DNA of 64,000 bases from a virus. The notes below the pieces were generated by a model. That model did no database searches and was not told where the DNA came from. It worked only from the letters and a program-made list of their open reading frames with translations. The position numbers and the translations under genes are program-made. Where the stretch lies: the IMG/VR virus record IMGVR_UViG_3300032313_001035. One strand, written 5' to 3'. Shown in pieces: positions 29,223-40,671 of the stretch. How positions within the stretch are numbered: the stretch's first letter is position 1; each line of letters opens with the position of its first letter.

Positions 29223-31019
29223 TTAGTTATCAACTATTAAATTCGCAATTAATTTTTGTTGAATTTCAACAATCAGGGAGAAAATTCGTTGCATTGTGAT
29301 AGTGTTCACGCTTTCGTTACCATTCATTTTCAAATTATTTAAATCGTATTCGATTTGATTTATTCGACCCAATAAAATATCATCATTTTTTATAATATAT
29401 GAATTAGTTGCTTTGGCATATAGAGTTAAAATATCAGCCGTTATGTTGAATAATTGCTTGTTAAAAAATATACCAAAAGAATCGTTAATACAATCAATAT
29501 CGACAAAATACTTTTTCAAATTTCTATTGATAGCTGACTGATAAGTGTTGATTATAGGTTGTTTCAGAGCATATAATCTACTATAATTGTGTAAAAGATG
29601 ATAATTGGTATTACCTTTACTCAATTCTTTAAAATTTATATTCGTCAGTTTATCATTTTGTTTCGAACTCCATGTTATTAGTTTATTATTTAATGGATAA
29701 TAAGTATTTTTAAATGTTGTAGAATTTGAAAGATATTTTAAATTATAATCTCTAAATGTTGCTGATGCATATGATGGGTTTGAAATGTATCGACATTCTA
29801 TTCTATTTGTGGTATTGATGAAAAATATATTAGAATCAAATGAAGAAAATTTCAAAACATTTTTACTAGAAATTGGAAATCTGGATAAAACTTTGTCCGT
29901 GTAACTATTTTCGAAATCCAATGGATCAAAGAAACATATCCTATATTCACTAGAATTCTTATACAATACAGCCACTAGATCATCAACACTTCGAATATCA
30001 ATTGCTAATGCTGTGGTTATACCTAGATCATTCAATGGTATAGTTGCTAATATCTGAGATCCTTTTTTGTTATAAATGTATAAAACTTGGTCATCATCAA
30101 TAAAAGTCCTCATCTTGCTGCCAAATTTCACACTATCAACATTGTTCTCGTTTAATATGAAATTCTTTTTCTCGAAAAATTGTTTTACTTTAATGAATTT
30201 AATTTTGTCTGTAAATTTTAATTCAAAATGTTGCACTGGTTTTAATTGTAACTTATCCACCAATATCAAATGATCGAAAATATTTTCACCCTCACCTCCA
30301 CATGATATAAAATTCAAACCTTCATAAACACAAACTTCATCATTTATCATGATATTGATTTTATTATCAACTTCATCATAATAAATACCATAAATTTCTT
30401 GTTTTTCTTCTAATTGTAATGTTTTATAAGTTAATTCTTTTCTGTCTGTGAATGAACCTATGATCAAAATTAAATCTTTTCCAGTAGAACATAAATATTT
30501 AAAATTCTGATTGGATTGGACGATAAAATCCCCATATTTTATTTGATCTAAAAATGCCCACTCTGGTTTATTTTTCAAATCTGCTATATATAATGAATTG
30601 ATTTTACCCGTCATATCATCTGGGTTATCTATATCAATCGATGTCAATCCATAAAAATGACAATCATTATTATCAAAATCAATTATTTGTGGATCTTGAA
30701 CAAACAATGATTTGAAAACGATCAAATTGTTAGTATTGATAGCGTCAAATATTTTATCCAATTCATTTTTATTTAAAATATCGAATGAATTGCTAAAATA
30801 TGGTTTGATGTTTTCAATAGAACTATACTGATTGTCAAATTCTAATTTTTTCAAATAAAAATTTGATATAAAATTTTGTTTCGGGGTTAATAATTCCGAG
30901 TTGTTAGTTTTAACTTTTCCAGTATATGCGTTATTATCTACTATTGTGAAAAAACCATTATAATCTACGTCATTCAACGTAAAAGCATCGCCATTTGTAT
31001 ATTTGAAGTATGAAATCAT
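29223..31019 (-). CDS. Putative baseplate/virion structural protein
   Basis: 598 aa in baseplate block; YFKYT.G..FTL...DY.G N-terminus. Confidence 0.5.
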   Translation of the reverse strand: MISYFKYTNGDAFTLNDVDYNGFFTIVDNNAYTGKVKTNNSELLTPKQNFISNFYLKKLEFDNQYSSIENIKPYFSNSFDILNKNELDKIFDAINTNNLIVFKSLFVQDPQIIDFDNNDCHFYGLTSIDIDNPDDMTGKINSLYIADLKNKPEWAFLDQIKYGDFIVQSNQNFKYLCSTGKDLILIIGSFTDRKELTYKTLQLEEKQEIYGIYYDEVDNKINIMINDEVCVYEGLNFISCGGEGENIFDHLILVDKLQLKPVQHFELKFTDKIKFIKVKQFFEKKNFILNENNVDSVKFGSKMRTFIDDDQVLYIYNKKGSQILATIPLNDLGITTALAIDIRSVDDLVAVLYKNSSEYRICFFDPLDFENSYTDKVLSRFPISSKNVLKFSSFDSNIFFINTTNRIECRYISNPSYASATFRDYNLKYLSNSTTFKNTYYPLNNKLITWSSKQNDKLTNINFKELSKGNTNYHLLHNYSRLYALKQPIINTYQSAINRNLKKYFVDIDCINDSFGIFFNKQLFNITADILTLYAKATNSYIIKNDDILLGRINQIEYDLNNLKMNGNESVNTITMQRIFSLIVEIQQKLIANLIVDN

Positions 31020-33211
31020 TTGGAGTATATGATATTATTTATTTCTGTGGTAAGAGGAGCGTATCTATTACATGTATCAGCAATTATCAAATCCAAATCA
31101 TTTTTTATATTTTCGGGTAATTCAACGTTTCTGATCAAAACATTAATATAATTAGATTTAAAAGCTTGATTGTTGCATACCGATTGAAATAAATTTATGT
31201 CATCTTCGCTGTTTCTTTGATCACATGGTAAAGTTATTGTTATATTGTCAATAACGATCAATTTACTCACAAACGGTAAAATTAAAGATTCACTAACAGT
31301 CAATGATTTTGTGTATACGTCAAAAATTAAATCTTTCGCTGTGGTATTGAAATTTCCAAATAATATTTTTTTATCGAAAAATTGAAATGGGTCAAATTTT
31401 ATATCTAAAATTACACTACCATTCAGGTTTACAAAACCAATTCCTTTTTTAGAATTCAAAGAAAATGCTAAAAAGTTTTTCTTTAATTTTTTTATAACTT
31501 GTGATGTGGTATATTCGATATATGTGTTATTACTAGGATCAAATAGTTTATATTCAAAATTAATAGTATCATTTGTTTTTACCATCGATAATCCAGCATC
31601 TATATTATTTTTACCACTATTAAATACCCAATTATCGGTATCTCCTTCGAATATAATAAATAAAGTGAATTCGCCACCATTGTTTATATTTTCGAAATAA
31701 TTAAAACTGTTTATATCACATTTATCAACTATAGAGTCTGATAATAAAGTCTTGGATAATGTATCCAAATTACTAATTCTTTCGTAAATGAATTCATCAT
31801 TTGCTTCTATAATAAAATCGCTTTTTTTATCAAAAACTTGAAATGCCGATAGTGAACTGTTAATCGAAGTATTTGAATTAACATAAATTTCAATCAATTC
31901 TTGATATGTTGGGTTGAACGTAGATCTAAATTTTAAGGCTTCTTCCTTTTCAATCATATCTGGATAATAATATCTATCCACCCATACTTTATCATCGCTT
32001 AATGGCGAACCTGATAACCAAGTGCATAGATATACTTGCTCATCATCATAACCATCATCATTATCAAAACGATAAACTTTATCAGCGTAAATTGGAGTAT
32101 CGAAAGAGAAAGCACCACATTCTACGAATTTACTATCATTGATATTTAATCTGATATAAGGGTATATACTATTAGGAGCTTTTATATGATTTATACCCGA
32201 TTTTATATTATATGATTTATTGTATAATACGTAATTTAATGCTAATGTTTCGTCTTTTTCTTTATCAATATCATTGAAAATTGAGGTATAATCTCTCATA
32301 CCTTCCATAAAAAACAGTGACATATTACTAGAAAGCAAATTGTTGCCAGATGTGAATAAGTCATTTTGTGTCAATTGATTCTTTAACGTGATAATCTCAG
32401 CATTATCATCATCAACATGTATAAGATAATTATTTTTTATATCCTTTGTTATGAGATTATTCGGTATATTATTAGTTGTGTCATAACCCACTAGACTAAA
32501 ATTATCAGCATTATTAATATTTTTGTATAATGGTCGATCAATCAGTATAGCGTTATTCGTGGATAATCTCTTATTGTCTTCTTCAAATGTTTGTAGAGAC
32601 AAGCTATTATCCAATTTTGTTAAAATCTTACAAACGCCATCACTATTTTCGAATAAACACAGTGAATTATTTGTTTTGGAGTATATGTAATTAAAAGTTA
32701 TTGGCGTGATATTTGCTCCTTTAGCATAAAAAGATAATATGCCTATATTATCTATTCCTAAATAATATTTTTTATAATTAAGTGCAGCATATACTCTGCA
32801 CCTGTTTTCGCTCAGGAATTCTATGATAAATTCTGAAGATTGGGCAACATTTGTTTCAAAAGTATAATCACCATATTCTAAATATTCGTTGAATACACCT
32901 AGACTTGCTAATAATCGGCGGTCTTTTAAATTAAACTTCAAATAATTGCTTCCAAAATTTAGTTTTGTTAGCATTGATTCGGATTTGATATCGTCTTTTA
33001 TAACTTCTTTGATATCATCCAACAAAATTTCATCAGTAAGATAAAAAGTACTGTAATTTTTATGTTTAACATCTCTTATTTTAGTAAAAGCGTTGTAAAA
33101 ATTTAAAGATAATCCGCCCTCATAATACCTGTTATATTTTTTTAGGGCATTAATGTCGTTTGCAAATTCTCGGGGCTTGCACGATGATAATTTTTCTACA
33201 GTTACATCCAC
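31016..33211 (-). CDS. Putative virion structural protein with ConA/LamG-like C-terminal region
   Basis: GTG start with TAAATA 5 nt upstream; beta-rich; WLSG...WVDRYYYP block. Confidence 0.5.
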   Translation of the reverse strand: MDVTVEKLSSCKPREFANDINALKKYNRYYEGGLSLNFYNAFTKIRDVKHKNYSTFYLTDEILLDDIKEVIKDDIKSESMLTKLNFGSNYLKFNLKDRRLLASLGVFNEYLEYGDYTFETNVAQSSEFIIEFLSENRCRVYAALNYKKYYLGIDNIGILSFYAKGANITPITFNYIYSKTNNSLCLFENSDGVCKILTKLDNSLSLQTFEEDNKRLSTNNAILIDRPLYKNINNADNFSLVGYDTTNNIPNNLITKDIKNNYLIHVDDDNAEIITLKNQLTQNDLFTSGNNLLSSNMSLFFMEGMRDYTSIFNDIDKEKDETLALNYVLYNKSYNIKSGINHIKAPNSIYPYIRLNINDSKFVECGAFSFDTPIYADKVYRFDNDDGYDDEQVYLCTWLSGSPLSDDKVWVDRYYYPDMIEKEEALKFRSTFNPTYQELIEIYVNSNTSINSSLSAFQVFDKKSDFIIEANDEFIYERISNLDTLSKTLLSDSIVDKCDINSFNYFENINNGGEFTLFIIFEGDTDNWVFNSGKNNIDAGLSMVKTNDTINFEYKLFDPSNNTYIEYTTSQVIKKLKKNFLAFSLNSKKGIGFVNLNGSVILDIKFDPFQFFDKKILFGNFNTTAKDLIFDVYTKSLTVSESLILPFVSKLIVIDNITITLPCDQRNSEDDINLFQSVCNNQAFKSNYINVLIRNVELPENIKNDLDLIIADTCNRYAPLTTEINNIIYSK

Positions 33212-33219
33212 AATATTAT

Positions 33220-33705
33220 TTAATTGAACGGCGTTTCGACCTCTACCAGTAAACCATCTTTTTTGGTTATAAATTGATGTATTTTTTTATCAGTTTTTAG
33301 CACAGTATTCAATAAATACATATCTTCGATACTTTCGACATAATCGTAATTGGTAATTGTTATGGGAATAGTGAATATGGAGACATCATTATTACAATAT
33401 TTTAATGTGCATACCGCCGTAAGTTGTTGTGTTTTACTATTAGCGTTTGGATAATAAATTTTCTTGAAAGTTTGATAAAAAAATGAAGAAAAAGCATTAT
33501 TTATCAATAGTTTCGGGGTAAAAATATCATTTTCCATGAATAGGCTGCTACCATCGCCCCAGTCTATATGTAAATAAAGTGGTAAAAATTTTTCAGATAT
33601 ATTAAACACATCCAATTCTAATTGAGTGATGTCAACTATAGATAAGGAAGCAGTGGTACTAACATTTGTATTGTTCGAAGACAATGAAAGGGTTGCATTA
33701 TTCAT
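33220..33705 (-). CDS. PKD/Ig-like structural protein
   Basis: IDWGDGS motif. Confidence 0.55.
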   Translation of the reverse strand: MNNATLSLSSNNTNVSTTASLSIVDITQLELDVFNISEKFLPLYLHIDWGDGSSLFMENDIFTPKLLINNAFSSFFYQTFKKIYYPNANSKTQQLTAVCTLKYCNNDVSIFTIPITITNYDYVESIEDMYLLNTVLKTDKKIHQFITKKDGLLVEVETPFN

Positions 33706-36251
33706 TTTTGATCATATTGGTTTAATTTTAACATTTTGAAAGGATTAACCTTGTATTCCATTTCAATTATACTGAAATAGTTATCATTATCTTTTAATAA
33801 GAATGAAAGATTGAATATATTTTTCTTGGAATTATAAGATATTTTTGGAGTATCTAAATGTGTGAAATTAATATTGTTGACCGTTATTGGTTGAATATTC
33901 GAATCTTTCAATATTTTTATTTGATGTTTCGACGTATCGAATTCATAAATCGTAGGTATAATTCTAAAATTAACACTTGATTCAATATTGATTTTGTTTA
34001 AAATGACAAAATACACAAAATCATCTTTTTTGTAAGCGTTACTTATTTTATTAAAATTATCATTGTTATGAGTGAATCGATAAGTTGTTTCCAACGGCGT
34101 TGAAAATTCTCCATTATCATAGTTTATTTTAGTTATAACATAATTATTAGTTGTTTCTATAAACAACACATCTGATGTTATGTCAAATGCTCTGACACCG
34201 CTAATGCATTCATTGTAAGTTGATAGAGGTAAAACATCTGCCAAATACGGTAATTGAGTTTCCAGTTTTGAAATTGTCATATCATAAGCATTTCTGACAT
34301 AAATACCGCCTTTTAAATTATACCTTTCGTATAATGTTTTATTTTCTCCTTCTGGTGTATCATCTACTAGTGTTGGCAAGAACACTGTATTATCGTAGAC
34401 ACTACCTACACTAAAAGGTTCAGCTTCAGGAATATTGGAAAACGACCCACCATCAATTAGATATGCTGATAGGTTGTTTGGGATTACTTCCATTGTCATG
34501 TTAGCAGTTAATGATGGATACAACGGATCTGATAGAGCTCTTTGCAAAGGATTTATAGTATGTATACCACCTTCTATTAATATCGAATAGTAATACGAGC
34601 CACTGTTTTCATAAGCACTTAAATCCGAAGATACTGTATCGATATAAGGCACATCACCATCGGCAAAGAATATACCATCGAAAGTATTTACAATTGGAAA
34701 ATATTCGGGACTGTAATAAAAATAATCATCTTTGAAAGTTCCAGCTACTATCTGTGAAAAATTACCACTAAGTATAAAACCATTTGTAAATGGAGTCAAT
34801 CCTGTTCTGATAGTATCTACGAATGTGGTATCATCAACAACTGAATAATCAAAACCAAATCCTTCACCGTAAAGGTAGTCAAAAAATGTATGTCCATTTA
34901 GTATTTGATATGCTGAAAATTGATCGTTGTCCTTAGTGATGGATTTTTTAAAACTTCCATCATTTTTCATCAAACCAAATAGATTGTTATAAATATCTTT
35001 TTTAGAATCTTGTATATATCCCTGTGCAAAAACATCATCAAGATATTTTTTAGAATTTGGTTCTATTTTCGATATGTATCCATAATATTTGGTATCATCC
35101 TTTTTACTAAATGGTTTATTTTTAGCCTTACCTGAAGTAAAATTGCGTCTGACCGAGTCGTCATTATTGATAAAGGTCAAAATATCACCATTGACTCCTC
35201 TTATATTTGGATCTGGAAAATAATAAATCGTATTGGGTTCAAATTTGTCAATATTGTATGTGTATCTTGTATTGTTACCGTCAATATTGATAATTGATGT
35301 TTTATGTGGTCTAAAAAATCCGATAACATCTGGAGTTACTAATACTTTCTTATCACTAGACGCTGTTGTTGGATTATCAATATTGAAAAAGTTTAAGGCA
35401 GGTCTATCTACTTTGAATAACAAACCAGATACGAAATCAGTTGCGGTAGAACCAGTCGATAAATAATAGAAATCATTACCAATATACTTTTGGGTCAATT
35501 TTCTTTTATTGTCCAATAAGTCATTTATTTCCTTTTGTTCTAGTTGTTTTTCACTAAAATTTGAAAATACTTCAGTGATTAATTCATTATTATCTTTTAA
35601 AAAAATATTTAAATCGTAGTCTAAATCTTTATTGTCGTATATTTTATCATTTGGTGTTTGATTGAAATATAATGGATAGATATCATATAACTCTTCAATT
35701 TCTACGTTTAATTCTTGTTTTAAATTATCAATATCGAATAAATATGCACTATCTTGTAGTCTTTCTAAATAACTAATTATGTTATTTTTTAATTCTGTCT
35801 TTAAAAGATCTGGAGTACCTGTCATTTTCTTCTTAAGAACTTGATATTTAAGTTCTTCTCTTTTCTTATTGTAAAAATTGGATATCTCTATCAATTTTTT
35901 ACTATAAAAAGGTACTGCTAATTCCAAATCTAGAGGATCATTTAAATCTATTTGTGATAAAAACTTTTTTTCATCTTCATTTGTATAATTGATTGATACA
36001 TCTCTGACAAAATCTCGATACTTTTGAACGATAACAGCATTGGCATCTTCTTCCTTTAAATTTTTTACACTGTGCCATTCTCTGATATAGCTTAGATAAA
36101 CCGACTGCATTGATTGCGGCGATATAACATTGTCTATTATTTTTATAAATTCCAAAAACGAGAACGGATTTTCCAAATCTAAAGCATTAGTATTGCTAAC
36201 GTTAGGATTCGTTATTGATTTTGGAATCGTATAATTTAATGTATCAGCCAT
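33702..36251 (-). CDS. Putative baseplate wedge protein
   Basis: 849 aa in gp25-gp6 block; TAAATA 6 nt upstream. Confidence 0.55.
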   Translation of the reverse strand: MADTLNYTIPKSITNPNVSNTNALDLENPFSFLEFIKIIDNVISPQSMQSVYLSYIREWHSVKNLKEEDANAVIVQKYRDFVRDVSINYTNEDEKKFLSQIDLNDPLDLELAVPFYSKKLIEISNFYNKKREELKYQVLKKKMTGTPDLLKTELKNNIISYLERLQDSAYLFDIDNLKQELNVEIEELYDIYPLYFNQTPNDKIYDNKDLDYDLNIFLKDNNELITEVFSNFSEKQLEQKEINDLLDNKRKLTQKYIGNDFYYLSTGSTATDFVSGLLFKVDRPALNFFNIDNPTTASSDKKVLVTPDVIGFFRPHKTSIINIDGNNTRYTYNIDKFEPNTIYYFPDPNIRGVNGDILTFINNDDSVRRNFTSGKAKNKPFSKKDDTKYYGYISKIEPNSKKYLDDVFAQGYIQDSKKDIYNNLFGLMKNDGSFKKSITKDNDQFSAYQILNGHTFFDYLYGEGFGFDYSVVDDTTFVDTIRTGLTPFTNGFILSGNFSQIVAGTFKDDYFYYSPEYFPIVNTFDGIFFADGDVPYIDTVSSDLSAYENSGSYYYSILIEGGIHTINPLQRALSDPLYPSLTANMTMEVIPNNLSAYLIDGGSFSNIPEAEPFSVGSVYDNTVFLPTLVDDTPEGENKTLYERYNLKGGIYVRNAYDMTISKLETQLPYLADVLPLSTYNECISGVRAFDITSDVLFIETTNNYVITKINYDNGEFSTPLETTYRFTHNNDNFNKISNAYKKDDFVYFVILNKINIESSVNFRIIPTIYEFDTSKHQIKILKDSNIQPITVNNINFTHLDTPKISYNSKKNIFNLSFLLKDNDNYFSIIEMEYKVNPFKMLKLNQYDQK

Positions 36252-36256
36252 TTTTA

Positions 36257-38344
36257 TTATTTAACCAGTCCGAGGGATTGATAAAGGTTGTCTCTGAATA
36301 AAAAATTGATCAAGAATGATCTAAATTCAGGCAATTCATGTTCTACTAATATAAATTCGCCGTCTTGTGTTAATAACGGTTCGTTGTTTTCACCTCTGAC
36401 AACATATTCAGAAAACAACATATCGTAATATATACTACTATTGTCTAATATGGTGTTATCATATACAGTATTATCATATGTGTCAACATATTTGAAAAAT
36501 AAATAATATTTTTCCATGTCTTTATATTCGAACTGTGATGGTAATACTAATCCCCATCCCCAGTTTGAATTATACCCTGATAATTTATAAGAATCTGTTC
36601 CCGTTTCTTCGGTTGGTTGTCTGGTGTTTAGTAATGTGTATTCGTTGCTAAACTTTTCGAGCGCTACAATAGGTATACCTGCGGATATTGTGTATGTGTC
36701 GGTATTGATACGATCACCCAAATTTGTTCCGTATATTTCTTTTGATGAAAATCCTCTGATATCAAAATTTTGATTGAATTTATTTTTGATACCTAATAAT
36801 TTATTATCTGTCATCGAAGATAAATCCATTATTCTTTTAATTTTTTCAGGATATGATATTAAAAGTGAGTCATAGATATTATTGGGTGTTATGCCCATCA
36901 TTTCCATTTGAGAAATTAATGCGGTGATTTCGTTTCTATCAACATCTTGGGTATTCCCAACAAAATTTGATATTTTTTCATATATTTTTTTACCCAAGGT
37001 GTCATACGATGAGTTTATATCACCAAATACTGAACCGATAAATTCATCAAATAATACATTTTTATCCAATAAAATCTCTTGGAACCTCAATCCTTTAAAC
37101 ATTTCAGTAGCATCGAAGTCTTCATTTATCTTAGTCATCGAAATAAAATTTTGGGGATAAATATCGAATACATTCGATTCTCCATTTAATGGATAAACTG
37201 TCCCATTTACAGATGATACGCTGCCACTAACAGTGATTTTAACATTATTTAATTTTTCATCACTATTGAATATGATACTTTTCCTAAAAGAACCATCAAA
37301 ATTTTCAATATTTTTTAAGGTATAATATGTATTATTGATCAAATCTTCCCCCGATAATACTTGAAACGTGAAGGTAGATGCTGATAATGGTTTGAGACTT
37401 TTAACTGTAAAATGTTCGTTATCTTTTACTTTTACCACGAAAGACATCTCAACATTATGAAACTTATCACTATCGATATTAAACACTGTAGATGGATAAA
37501 ATTCACCATCCATACCATTGGTTGTTATACTAAATTTATTGATAGTATCATTTTCTATAATCTTTGCTGATAATGTTATTGATGAGCTATTGTTATATAT
37601 TTCATTAGTTCTTTTATCAAAGAAAAATTCAATATTAACATCGTCAATAGTATCATTTTTGAAAAATACTGTATTTTTACCAGAAAGACCCACATAAAAT
37701 GAACCAATATCGCTTTTATCAGCGAATACTAATGTGTTGTTTGCAATTTTTGCATATACCTCTGATGTAGGTATGGCTATTTTATCGACTTCGATATATT
37801 CGAAAGATTTTGTTTGATAATTGTATTTTTTTTCAAACATCGAATAATTATTTTTCAAATGTCTGAATTTATCTGCTGTATTTTGGAAGTAATAAATACT
37901 ATCAGAGTTATAAACCCTATAATAGATATCACCTTGCTCAGAATTTATTGGATAAGACGCTGTAAAGTTGATAGGTCCTCCAATTTTACCAGTTTTCCAT
38001 ATAATTTGATTATTATATGTCGGGTCATCAAATGTTATATTGAAAGTATGTGGTAAAAAATCTCTAATTACTACAGTTCTAGAATTAACGGAAATAATAG
38101 AATTGGAAAAACAATCATAAATTGTTAAATTCGTTACATATTTTCCAGGTTTATCATAATATTTTTTAGCTGTTAGTGCGGAAGAATAAGTATTGTCTCC
38201 AAAATCCCATAACAATTTTATATATGAAAAATTATTGACATTCGGTATGAACGTCAGAGGAGTCTCCTTTAATGCGTAGGAACTCAAAGAATTTTGATTT
38301 TTAAAATCAATTATAAAATAATCAATATTTTCTAAATTACTCAT
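36257..38344 (-). CDS. PKD-domain baseplate protein (gp7-like position)
   Basis: WDFGD...Y.KPG.Y...L PKD motif; follows gp6. Confidence 0.6.
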   Translation of the reverse strand: MSNLENIDYFIIDFKNQNSLSSYALKETPLTFIPNVNNFSYIKLLWDFGDNTYSSALTAKKYYDKPGKYVTNLTIYDCFSNSIISVNSRTVVIRDFLPHTFNITFDDPTYNNQIIWKTGKIGGPINFTASYPINSEQGDIYYRVYNSDSIYYFQNTADKFRHLKNNYSMFEKKYNYQTKSFEYIEVDKIAIPTSEVYAKIANNTLVFADKSDIGSFYVGLSGKNTVFFKNDTIDDVNIEFFFDKRTNEIYNNSSSITLSAKIIENDTINKFSITTNGMDGEFYPSTVFNIDSDKFHNVEMSFVVKVKDNEHFTVKSLKPLSASTFTFQVLSGEDLINNTYYTLKNIENFDGSFRKSIIFNSDEKLNNVKITVSGSVSSVNGTVYPLNGESNVFDIYPQNFISMTKINEDFDATEMFKGLRFQEILLDKNVLFDEFIGSVFGDINSSYDTLGKKIYEKISNFVGNTQDVDRNEITALISQMEMMGITPNNIYDSLLISYPEKIKRIMDLSSMTDNKLLGIKNKFNQNFDIRGFSSKEIYGTNLGDRINTDTYTISAGIPIVALEKFSNEYTLLNTRQPTEETGTDSYKLSGYNSNWGWGLVLPSQFEYKDMEKYYLFFKYVDTYDNTVYDNTILDNSSIYYDMLFSEYVVRGENNEPLLTQDGEFILVEHELPEFRSFLINFLFRDNLYQSLGLVK

Positions 38345-40145
38345 TTGTTATTACTATTTTTTTGTATATTGATTGAGGATTATAAAAGTATGGAAATTTG
38401 AAAAAATCCAAAGTTGTAGTCTGTGATACAATACTTTCATCAGAATTTTCATATATTGGATTCCAAGCGAAAAATGATATACCATTGAATATTTCATTGT
38501 TATTCACAGTTCTTAGTCCAGATACACCTTCTAACTTTAGAATGTTGGATGTTAATTGTGATAGATCCAATTTTTGCCCCAGTTTGTTATTGGAGTTTTT
38601 GAAAAAATCTAATATAATATCGCCAATTTTTCTTTTCAATGTTTCAGGATTCGTTCTGAAATTGTTTGTTCTAGATATTTCCAAATAACTAGTATTGATA
38701 ACATTCAAATCTGGTGTGGAGTTTGTATATCCAATATCAAATGCCACATAAACAGGATCTCTCGGCACAATCTCGTGACTAATTATTTTTCGAGGCGAAG
38801 CTTTATCGATGATAAGATTTTTCAAACTATTAGAAAGAAAAGGTGGATACCCACCATCGGTTGTTATCTCAAATTTGGGAACACAAAATATATTCACATT
38901 ATTAAAGTCGCAAGAATCAGCAAAATTCACTTGATTTATAATTACCCTATTTGATTTATTTGGATCTACACAAATTTTATAGAAGTAATCAATATATTCA
39001 CTTATGAAAGTTTTATTACTAACCGTTTTGACAGATGCGATGATATTTGATAATTCTTTACCCAAAAAGGCATCGTCATAATCTTGTTCTGTTGCTAATT
39101 TTAATTGTGAGTTTAGATATTTTGGAACATTTTGCTTGATCTGATCAACCGTTTCGGCATTTGAAACAGGTGTTGAATTTTCAGTATTGTTGAAAAATAA
39201 AGATCCTGCATTCGTCAAATTGATAATACTATCAGTGCTGATATTTGTAGTATCTGCATAGATTTGATTAAAACGAGAACTGTTATAATTGAACAACTTA
39301 TTACCATCTATAGCACCTTTGCTGATTATTCCTTTGGTATTGTCACTCAATAGGTAATATATTGCTACTTCGTCTTCATTTTTCAATTTTTTACCAAAAA
39401 TATCATTTCCAAATTTTACTTCATAAAATCCGTTATCATTTAGTCTGACACTGTAATATCGGTCGTTATTTCTAGCTAAGAAAATATTTTCAATTGGCTC
39501 ATAGCGATACCATTTCCCATCAGTCTTTTCTTTAACGTAAACACTTATCGTCCCATCCGCAATAAATCGTGTATCATTTTTGTTTACCCTATTTTCAACG
39601 ACAATCGGTAAAGTTTCGAAATCTACTCCAATTGCGGTATACGTGGGGTATTCACCAATAGTTCCTTGGTGTAAGATTAGATTATTTTTAATATTTTGGA
39701 TGTCTTGTTCGCCAGAAATAGTCTTTTCAAACGTAAAATCATCTAGAACAGTGTATTGTATTTTATCAATCAACACAAAACTGTATTTTCTAAGGGTATA
39801 ACTACCTTCAGGGAGAGAAGCACTCGCGGTACAAGCAACGGGAACCAATGATGTTTGTTTACCTGTTGGTTTATAACCTATTAAATTTACAATTTTATTC
39901 ACGTTTTCATACAATGTTGCTTGTGAAAACATGCTTTCAGATGCAGTCTGATTCAAATAAAATAATAAAACATGATAACTATATGCAATTATATCGATAA
40001 AAGCTGCTAAATTACTACCTTCATAATTCTGATCGGTGAAAGTAGCGTTTTCATTCAATCTTTGGATGATGAAATCTTTCAGAGAAAGAGCATCAAAATT
40101 GATGTAAGCATTTTGAGGTAAATTGTATTCCAGAGATTCTTTCAT
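38337..40145 (-). CDS. 6: Baseplate wedge protein (T4 gp6-like)
   Basis: FTD.NYEGSNL...ID..AY, SE.....A, IGYKP, Y.V.FG..IFGK, E...IK...P, A.E.DY. Confidence 0.88.
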   Translation of the reverse strand: MKESLEYNLPQNAYINFDALSLKDFIIQRLNENATFTDQNYEGSNLAAFIDIIAYSYHVLLFYLNQTASESMFSQATLYENVNKIVNLIGYKPTGKQTSLVPVACTASASLPEGSYTLRKYSFVLIDKIQYTVLDDFTFEKTISGEQDIQNIKNNLILHQGTIGEYPTYTAIGVDFETLPIVVENRVNKNDTRFIADGTISVYVKEKTDGKWYRYEPIENIFLARNNDRYYSVRLNDNGFYEVKFGNDIFGKKLKNEDEVAIYYLLSDNTKGIISKGAIDGNKLFNYNSSRFNQIYADTTNISTDSIINLTNAGSLFFNNTENSTPVSNAETVDQIKQNVPKYLNSQLKLATEQDYDDAFLGKELSNIIASVKTVSNKTFISEYIDYFYKICVDPNKSNRVIINQVNFADSCDFNNVNIFCVPKFEITTDGGYPPFLSNSLKNLIIDKASPRKIISHEIVPRDPVYVAFDIGYTNSTPDLNVINTSYLEISRTNNFRTNPETLKRKIGDIILDFFKNSNNKLGQKLDLSQLTSNILKLEGVSGLRTVNNNEIFNGISFFAWNPIYENSDESIVSQTTTLDFFKFPYFYNPQSIYKKIVITNE

Positions 40146-40154
40146 TATAATTAT

Positions 40155-40640
40155 TTAGAGTGTTGTATAACCTATCGTATTTAATTTTGATTTAATCGAT
40201 AATCCTTCCACGTTTAATGATGGAACATTTATCTGTAAATAAATTTCGTATTCATTATCATCTGGTTTAGGGACGACGAGAACCCCTGTTAATTCAATTC
40301 TTGGTTCATTTAGCGGTAATTTTCTAAAAATATCATCTTGTATCACATCTGCCGTGTATTTATTGACAGGCTCAAACAAAAATCTACGCAAATCCACCCC
40401 AAAAGTAGGATTTAATATTTTTTGACCAGGTGATGTTAAAAAACAATTAGCTACACTATTTTTAACTGCCTCTATATCAAAAATTGCTTGAACATCTTTC
40501 AAACTTTCTTTTTTATTAAGTTGATTATTTATGTAATATTGTGGACTCAAGTCAAAATCAATATCTTTATACAAATAACCATTATTCAATGATTTTTGCT
40601 TGTTATCGCTATTTTTAAGAGATGTTATCTTTATGCTCAT
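40155..40640 (-). CDS. 25: Baseplate wedge subunit (T4 gp25-like)
   Basis: YKDID, AVKNS..N..LT.PG.K..NP.FG.DL...LFEP, EPRI. Confidence 0.9.
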   Translation of the reverse strand: MSIKITSLKNSDNKQKSLNNGYLYKDIDFDLSPQYYINNQLNKKESLKDVQAIFDIEAVKNSVANCFLTSPGQKILNPTFGVDLRRFLFEPVNKYTADVIQDDIFRKLPLNEPRIELTGVLVVPKPDDNEYEIYLQINVPSLNVEGLSIKSKLNTIGYTTL

Positions 40641-40671
40641 ACAATTATTTAGATTCTTATTAAATAATTAT
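40641..40671. promoter_or_regulatory. Back-to-back divergent late promoters (TAAATA)
   Basis: TATTTA 40646-40651 and TAAATA 40661-40666, each 5 nt from its ATG. Confidence 0.7.

Noticed and set aside
40600-40671. ORF-track N-terminal extensions (also 5021, 7572, 16747, 22366, 23867, 46819, 54882, 55808, 60221)
   Set aside because: They run through promoter motifs or neighbouring genes; downstream starts fit the conserved promoter spacing or domain boundaries
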